The notes under the pieces were generated by a model, which was not told the origin of the DNA, ran no database searches, and saw nothing but the letters and a program-made list of their open reading frames with translations. From an uncultured Flavobacteriales bacterium (GTDB lineage: Bacteria; Bacteroidota; Bacteroidia; Flavobacteriales_D; Parvicellaceae): 30,962 nucleotides of DNA. The translations under genes and the position numbers were made by a program. Within the stretch, counting starts at the first letter, position 1; every line of letters starts with the position of its first letter. Where the stretch lies: contig CAZJVX010000004.1 in assembly GCA_964549345.1 (NCBI GenBank), positions 1 to 30,962 on the forward strand, given 5' to 3'. Below, in pieces: positions 25,350 through 30,962 of this stretch.

Positions 25350-28300
25350 ATGATTAAAAAAATATTACTTACTACAATTTCGGTTTTTATTTTATCTCAT
25401 CTGAGTTTTGCTCAACCTCAAGGAGGGAGTATCAAGGGAAAGGTAAATGATGAAACCGGAGAAGGTTTCCCATTTGTTAATGTGGCATTATTCCAAAATG
25501 GTAATTTAAAATTTGGAGGAACCACAGATTTCGATGGTGTTTTTAAGATAAGTAATGTAACCGCTGGTTCTTATGATTTAGAGATAAAATTTGTTGGTTA
25601 TCAAACATATCGATTAGAGGGACTTATTGTAAAGGGAGGAAAATTACTTCCTTTATCTCCTATTCAACTAAAAGAAGCTACTGAATTATTGAAAGAAGTA
25701 GAAGTGGTAAGTTATAAAGTACCTTTAATTGATAAAGATGGTGGAGCTTCAGGTGGTACAGTAACAAGAGAAGATTTAGCAAGAATGCCTGGGCGATCGG
25801 CAGCTTCTATTGCCAATACTGTTGGTGGTGTTCAATCCGATGCAGATGGAAATATTACTTCCGTAAGGGGTTCAAGAAGTGATGCTACTTATTACTACAT
25901 AGATGGAATAAAGGTTAGAGGGTCATCTAATCTACCTAAATCCGCAATTGAAGAAGTAAGTGTAATGACTGGTGGTGTACCTGCAAATTTTGGAGATGTC
26001 ACCGGTGGTATTATTTCCATAACTACAAGAGGTGCATCTAGAACCTATTTTGGTGGGGTTGAAGCAGTTACTTCTGGTATAAAATTAGGAGATGATGTTT
26101 ACGGGTTAGATAATAATGGTTTTAATTTATTTGAAGCTACTTTGTCAGGTCCGCTATTAATGAAAAGAGACAGTACTGGCAAAAAAACAGACCCTATTTT
26201 AGGTTTCTTCATTTCCGGAAACTTTAATCATCAATTGGATCCTAGACCCCTTGCTACCGACCAATTTCGTTTAAGTCCTGAGGTTAGAGATTCTATCATT
26301 GCAAACCCATTACGACCTACTGGAAATGGTTTTGGTGCATTTTACAATACTGATTTCTTAACTGAAGATGCCTTTGAACAAGTAAAGTTTAGGCAGAATG
26401 TGGCCAGCACAAGAGCTTCTTTGGCGGGTAAAATAGATGTGAATGCAGGGCCAAATGTAAACCTTTCTTTTGGTGCATCTGGAGCTTACTTAAATAGAAA
26501 CCTTCCAAGTTGGGAAAATTCTTTGTTCAATTATGATAATTTAGGGGAAAGAACAGATTTGGATTGGAGGGTATATGGAAAATTCACCCAAAGATTCCAA
26601 AATAACCAAGAAGGAGAGGAAAGAAAAGCAATCAGTAATGCTTATTATACCTTAATGGTAGACTATTCTAAGACTACTGCAAGTACTTTTGACAATACGC
26701 ATGGTGCTAATTATTTTAACTACGGACATGTTGGTCGATTTGACATCATTAAAGAAGATTCATGGGAGTTTAGAGATTTTGATGGTAATGGTACTATTGA
26801 TCGAGTTCAATCAGGGGTTAATGATGTAGAAGTAGTTTTCACTCCTTCAGAAACGAATAGAGATTTGGCAGCCATTACTAACCAGTATTTCACATTGTAC
26901 GATGATGTATTCGACAATTATGAAAACCTCACTCAAATTTTAGATGGAGGAGGACTTTTAAATGGAAATATACCACAAGATGTGTATGGTGTATGGAGAA
27001 ACTTAGGTAGAAGTTACAATGGTTCTAACCAAAGTGATAATTCACAGTTTAGGATAACTTTTGTAACATCTGCCGATATTGGAGATCACGCTATTTCACT
27101 AGGAGCAGAATTTGAGCAACGAACAGACAGATATTTTGGTGTTAGTCCTGTTGGTCTATGGGGGCTAATGAGACAGCTTGCTAATAGCCATACAGACTAT
27201 GGTAGATCGATTGATTTATCCAACCCAGAATTTGCGACTTTCGGTTCTTTCACTCAGGTATCTTTTCCTACTTTAAATGCTGCTCCAGGAGATTTTTCTG
27301 GAACTGATGCTCAATCCTTTTTTGATTACAACCTAAGAAATAGTTTAGGTCTGGATGATGACGGAACTGAATTTGTGAATGTTGATGCCCTTGATCCCAA
27401 CCAATTTTCTTTGGATATGTTTAGTGCAGATGAGTTACTTAATAATGGTAATAGCTACGTATCTTATTATGGATATGATCATACAGGACAAAAAATAAAG
27501 GGAAGACCTAGTTTTGATGACTTTTTCAATCAAAGAGATGAGTTTGGAAATTACACTCGTCCCATTGGTGCTTTTGAGCCAATCTATATTGCAGGATATA
27601 TAATGGATAAATTCGCTTTTGATGACTTAATTTTTAATGTGGGCGTAAGAGTTGATCGTTTTGATGCAAACCAACAAGTTTTGAAAGATGATTACTCATT
27701 GTACCCAGTGAGAACAGTCAATGAAGTGGGTGCTATTAATGGTCAAACAGTTAGCCATCCAACAAATATACCTTCTACTGCAGTGGTTTATATTGATGAC
27801 ATTGAAGATCCAACGGCTATTCTTGGTTACAGAGATGGGCAACAGTGGTATGCTGCTAATGGTACAGCGGTAACCGACCCAGATGAAGTGAAATCATCCG
27901 AGTTTTTGGTTCCTCAGCCTTATTTAGCACAAGGTGTATCTCCAGATGATGCAGTAAGTTCTAATGCATTTGAAGATTACACACCTCAAATCAATGTAAT
28001 GCCAAGAATTGCTTTTTCTTTCCCTATTTCAGACGAAGCATTATTCTTTGCACATTATGATGTACTCACTAAACGTCCTACCACAGCAAACAGATTGGAT
28101 CCTCTAGATTATTTTTACCTACAAACGGGTAATATTTCTAGAGTAAATAATCCAAATCTTCAGCCAGAAAAAACTATTGATTATGAGCTTGGTTTCCAGC
28201 AAGTGTTAAATACAAGATCCTCCCTTAAAATATCAGGATTTTACAGAGAGCAACGTAACCAAGTAGCACTTGTTAACAGAGTTGGGGCATATCCCCAATC

Positions 28301-29054
28301 ATATACTACGTATGGAAATATAGATTTTGGGACCATTAAAGGAATTACGTTTGCCTATGATTTAAGAAGATCTGGAAATATTTCTATGAGAGCCTCTTAC
28401 ACACTTCAATTTGCTGATGGTACGGGTTCTGATCCAAACGCTGCTGCAAGATTAATTGCTACAGATCAGCCAAATTTGAGAACAATCTACCCTTATAACT
28501 ATGATCAGCGTCACCAAATTATTGTAGCTTCTGATTACAGATATGGTTCTGGAAAAAATTATAATGGTCCAAGAATCGCGGGCAAAGAGATCTTTAAAAA
28601 TACGGGTGCAAACTTAGTGGCAAATTTTGCATCGGGTATGCCTTATTCAAAATCTCAAATTGTGGTTGGATCAGCCTTGCTAAGTCCACAAAATACCATT
28701 TTGTTAGGCGAGCCATTTGGATCAAGAAAACCATGGAATTTTAGAGCAGATCTCCAAATTGATAGAAATATTACGTTAAATTTTGGAGGAGATGATTCAA
28801 AAAAGAAGTCTGCTAACTTAAACTTATATCTGTTAATGACCAACGTATTTAATACACTGAACGTAAGAGATGTGTATCGTGCAACTGGAAATGCTGGTGA
28901 TGATGGTTATCTAAATGCCTCAGAGTACCAGAATTCCATTACTGGTCAAAATAGTGAAGCTACTTTTAGATACCTATACACATTAAAAGCTAATAACCCA
29001 TATAATTTTGGCATCCCAAGACAAATTAGATTTGGTGCTAAATTGGATTTTTAA
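25350..29054 (+). CDS. Large TonB-dependent receptor with N-terminal carboxypeptidase-regulatory-like domain (not SusC type)
   Basis: Signal peptide from ATG 25350; GSIKGKVND...TDFDGVFKISNVTAGSYDLEIKFVGY; TonB-box-like EVEVV; plug VRGSRSDATYYYIDGIKV; NPNLQPEKTIDYELG; terminal FGAKLDF. Confidence 0.9.
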   Translation: MIKKILLTTISVFILSHLSFAQPQGGSIKGKVNDETGEGFPFVNVALFQNGNLKFGGTTDFDGVFKISNVTAGSYDLEIKFVGYQTYRLEGLIVKGGKLLPLSPIQLKEATELLKEVEVVSYKVPLIDKDGGASGGTVTREDLARMPGRSAASIANTVGGVQSDADGNITSVRGSRSDATYYYIDGIKVRGSSNLPKSAIEEVSVMTGGVPANFGDVTGGIISITTRGASRTYFGGVEAVTSGIKLGDDVYGLDNNGFNLFEATLSGPLLMKRDSTGKKTDPILGFFISGNFNHQLDPRPLATDQFRLSPEVRDSIIANPLRPTGNGFGAFYNTDFLTEDAFEQVKFRQNVASTRASLAGKIDVNAGPNVNLSFGASGAYLNRNLPSWENSLFNYDNLGERTDLDWRVYGKFTQRFQNNQEGEERKAISNAYYTLMVDYSKTTASTFDNTHGANYFNYGHVGRFDIIKEDSWEFRDFDGNGTIDRVQSGVNDVEVVFTPSETNRDLAAITNQYFTLYDDVFDNYENLTQILDGGGLLNGNIPQDVYGVWRNLGRSYNGSNQSDNSQFRITFVTSADIGDHAISLGAEFEQRTDRYFGVSPVGLWGLMRQLANSHTDYGRSIDLSNPEFATFGSFTQVSFPTLNAAPGDFSGTDAQSFFDYNLRNSLGLDDDGTEFVNVDALDPNQFSLDMFSADELLNNGNSYVSYYGYDHTGQKIKGRPSFDDFFNQRDEFGNYTRPIGAFEPIYIAGYIMDKFAFDDLIFNVGVRVDRFDANQQVLKDDYSLYPVRTVNEVGAINGQTVSHPTNIPSTAVVYIDDIEDPTAILGYRDGQQWYAANGTAVTDPDEVKSSEFLVPQPYLAQGVSPDDAVSSNAFEDYTPQINVMPRIAFSFPISDEALFFAHYDVLTKRPTTANRLDPLDYFYLQTGNISRVNNPNLQPEKTIDYELGFQQVLNTRSSLKISGFYREQRNQVALVNRVGAYPQSYTTYGNIDFGTIKGITFAYDLRRSGNISMRASYTLQFADGTGSDPNAAARLIATDQPNLRTIYPYNYDQRHQIIVASDYRYGSGKNYNGPRIAGKEIFKNTGANLVANFASGMPYSKSQIVVGSALLSPQNTILLGEPFGSRKPWNFRADLQIDRNITLNFGGDDSKKKSANLNLYLLMTNVFNTLNVRDVYRATGNAGDDGYLNASEYQNSITGQNSEATFRYLYTLKANNPYNFGIPRQIRFGAKLDF

Positions 29055-29072
29055 ATTATTTGAATAAAAATT

Positions 29073-30962
29073 ATGAAGAAAATAGTAGTATTATTTATTG
29101 GCGTTTTTTTATTAGGCAGTATTTCAACTTATGCCTATGTTGACCCTGCAAATAGAAAATCAAAAAACTCAAATTCATCAATTACGTTAAAAGCAAGTAC
29201 TTGTACGCCAGCAACTGGACGAAAATACCTTGAATTTAATAATGTGAAAACATTGATTGAAACGGGGGGGATTATGTGGAGAAACAGGTCCACTGGTGAC
29301 GCTGATTATGAGGTGCCAAAAGGTTCAGGAGAATTTGTAATATACGCAGGTTCCTTATGGTTAGGGGGAACAGATGCGAATAACCAATTAAAATTAGCTG
29401 CTATGCGTTATAGTGGTAACGATTTTTGGACGGGACCATTATCTTATGATGAGAATCAACCTTTTGATGTTTCTCAAGGACAATTAGGGTATGGCCCTGC
29501 AAACATTACCCCACAAGTTTGTCAAGAATATGACGAATTCTACATAACTACTAGAGCAGAAATTGAAACATTTAATGGTTGGTATGAATGTACATTAGAT
29601 CCTGAGTGTGATGCTACGTTGGAATATCCTGGATATCAGACACCTAATAGTATTTTAGAATGGCCTGGCAATTTTAACGAGTTATTAGACAACACAAATA
29701 CATACGACCCTAACCTTGCCCCCTTCTTTGATAGAAACGGTGATTTAGTGTATGACCCACTAGATGGTGACTATCCTTGGTATGACCTTACAGGTGAGAT
29801 AGATTGTAGAACAAGCAGAAGGGTAACCCTATATGGAGATTATAATATGTGGTGGGTTTTTAACGACAAGGGAAATATCCATACCAATACAGGAGGTGAC
29901 GCAATAGGAATGGAAATCAAAGCCCAGGCTTTTGCATTTGCAACTAATGATGAAATCAACTCAATGACTTTTTATAATTATGAGTTAATCAACAGATCTA
30001 CTCAGTTATTGACCAACACCTACTTTGCGGTTTGGGCAGATGCAGATATCGGATGCTACGCTGATGATTTTACTGGTTGTGATGTGCAAAGAGGTTTAGG
30101 CTATCAGTATAACGGTGTGGGGATTGACGGTGGTTGTCAGCAAGCAATAGGTCAAAATCCTCCCGCGATTGGAATAGATTTTTTCGAAGGTCCGTACCAA
30201 GATAATGATGGTAGAGATAATGTACTAGATACGGACGTGGGTGCGGCTTATCAAGATGGGGGTATTCCTTACAAAGGATTAGGTATTGGTTACGGAGATG
30301 GTATTGCAGACAATGAGCGATATGGCATGAAGAGGTTTACTTATTTTGATTACACTTTGAATAATGTAGCTATGTCCGATCCACAAACAGCTCCAGAATA
30401 TTATGGATTTATGGAAGGGTATTGGAGAGACAATACACCATTTTATTATGGTGGTACTGGACATCAACAATCATCCCCAGCTCCACTCATAAGAACTAAT
30501 TATTGTTTCCCTGGTGATAGCGATCCATATAATTGGGGTACCGTTTCGGCAGGTTCAGGTGTAACACCTCCACCGTTTACCAATTGGGCAGAACAGAGCC
30601 CAACAGGCCCAGGAAGTTCTGGAAACACGCCAGGGGATAGAAGATTTGTTCAATCTGCAGGTCCATTTACTCTTGAACCCGGGGCATTAAACAACATTAC
30701 AATTGGAGTTGTTTATGCTAAGGCAATTTCTAGTGACCCTTTTCAATCAGTTGAATTAGTTAGAAAAGCGGATGATAAAGCCCAAGCATTATTTGATAAC
30801 TGTTTTAGAATTTTAAATGGCCCTGACTCTCCGGAGATGTCTATACAGGAATTAGATAAAGAGTTAATACTTTATTTAAATAAAACGGAAACCATTGAAG
30901 CGTATGAAGAGGTTGATCCGGTAATCCTTTCTTACGGTTATCCACCTGAAGACGCTAAATAT
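29073..30962 (+). CDS. Large secreted hypothetical protein, 3' truncated; resembles proteins often annotated as T9SS-sorted; not in the ORF track
   Basis: ATG 29073, 18 nt after the TBDR stop. MKKIVVLFIGVFLLGSISTYA signal peptide, then YEVPKGSG, IYAGSLWLGG, WWVFNDKGNIH, GDRRFVQSAGPFTLEPG. Open for 630 codons to the window end, so the C-terminus is not visible. Confidence 0.88.
   Translation, partial: MKKIVVLFIGVFLLGSISTYAYVDPANRKSKNSNSSITLKASTCTPATGRKYLEFNNVKTLIETGGIMWRNRSTGDADYEVPKGSGEFVIYAGSLWLGGTDANNQLKLAAMRYSGNDFWTGPLSYDENQPFDVSQGQLGYGPANITPQVCQEYDEFYITTRAEIETFNGWYECTLDPECDATLEYPGYQTPNSILEWPGNFNELLDNTNTYDPNLAPFFDRNGDLVYDPLDGDYPWYDLTGEIDCRTSRRVTLYGDYNMWWVFNDKGNIHTNTGGDAIGMEIKAQAFAFATNDEINSMTFYNYELINRSTQLLTNTYFAVWADADIGCYADDFTGCDVQRGLGYQYNGVGIDGGCQQAIGQNPPAIGIDFFEGPYQDNDGRDNVLDTDVGAAYQDGGIPYKGLGIGYGDGIADNERYGMKRFTYFDYTLNNVAMSDPQTAPEYYGFMEGYWRDNTPFYYGGTGHQQSSPAPLIRTNYCFPGDSDPYNWGTVSAGSGVTPPPFTNWAEQSPTGPGSSGNTPGDRRFVQSAGPFTLEPGALNNITIGVVYAKAISSDPFQSVELVRKADDKAQALFDNCFRILNGPDSPEMSIQELDKELILYLNKTETIEAYEEVDPVILSYGYPPEDAKY

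Noticed and set aside
25350-29054. SusC/PUL assignment for the TBDR
   Set aside because: SusC signature motifs are not evident, the next gene is not a SusD-like lipoprotein, and there are no CAZymes adjacent in the window.
1-30962. CRISPR array, tRNA, rRNA, IS elements, long repeats
   Set aside because: All intergenic spaces were read, and none shows spaced repeats, cloverleaf motifs or terminal inverted repeats with a transposase.

Overview
AT-rich chromosomal window from a Bacteroidota genome, probably Flavobacteriales-like. This is inferred from the homodimeric-type GlyRS, DUF3109, TAnnTTTG -7 promoter elements, a T9SS-like C-terminal tail and general absence of Shine-Dalgarno sequences. 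It is mostly housekeeping, with no mobile element, CRISPR array, tRNA or rRNA seen. Gene order: partial glyQS (-); DUF3109; two complete, different class I ribonucleotide reductase pairs in tandem; a bidirectional terminator; SPFH protein, 61-aa membrane protein and fumC (-); an unannotated 51-aa membrane ORF (+); arsC-like, prfB with a programmed +1 frameshift, GH73-LysM, GGGP synthase and PPTase (-); a tightly coupled folE-cysS-M14-C1B-yidD-ACMSD-M1 run (+); a putative beta-barrel and a His-less Rieske-like lipoprotein (-); a basic secreted protein, a ~1230-aa non-SusC TonB-dependent receptor and a large partial secreted protein (+). The first RNR pair is class Id-like (Mn-type), with the ATP cone on beta and none on alpha. 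The second is eukaryote-like class Ia (Fe/tyrosyl), with the ATP cone on alpha. The most notable signal is this tandem RNR locus with its shared upstream motifs, followed by the TBDR/large secreted protein locus and the pseudo-Rieske lipoprotein. All family calls come from motif recognition by eye; no database search was run.
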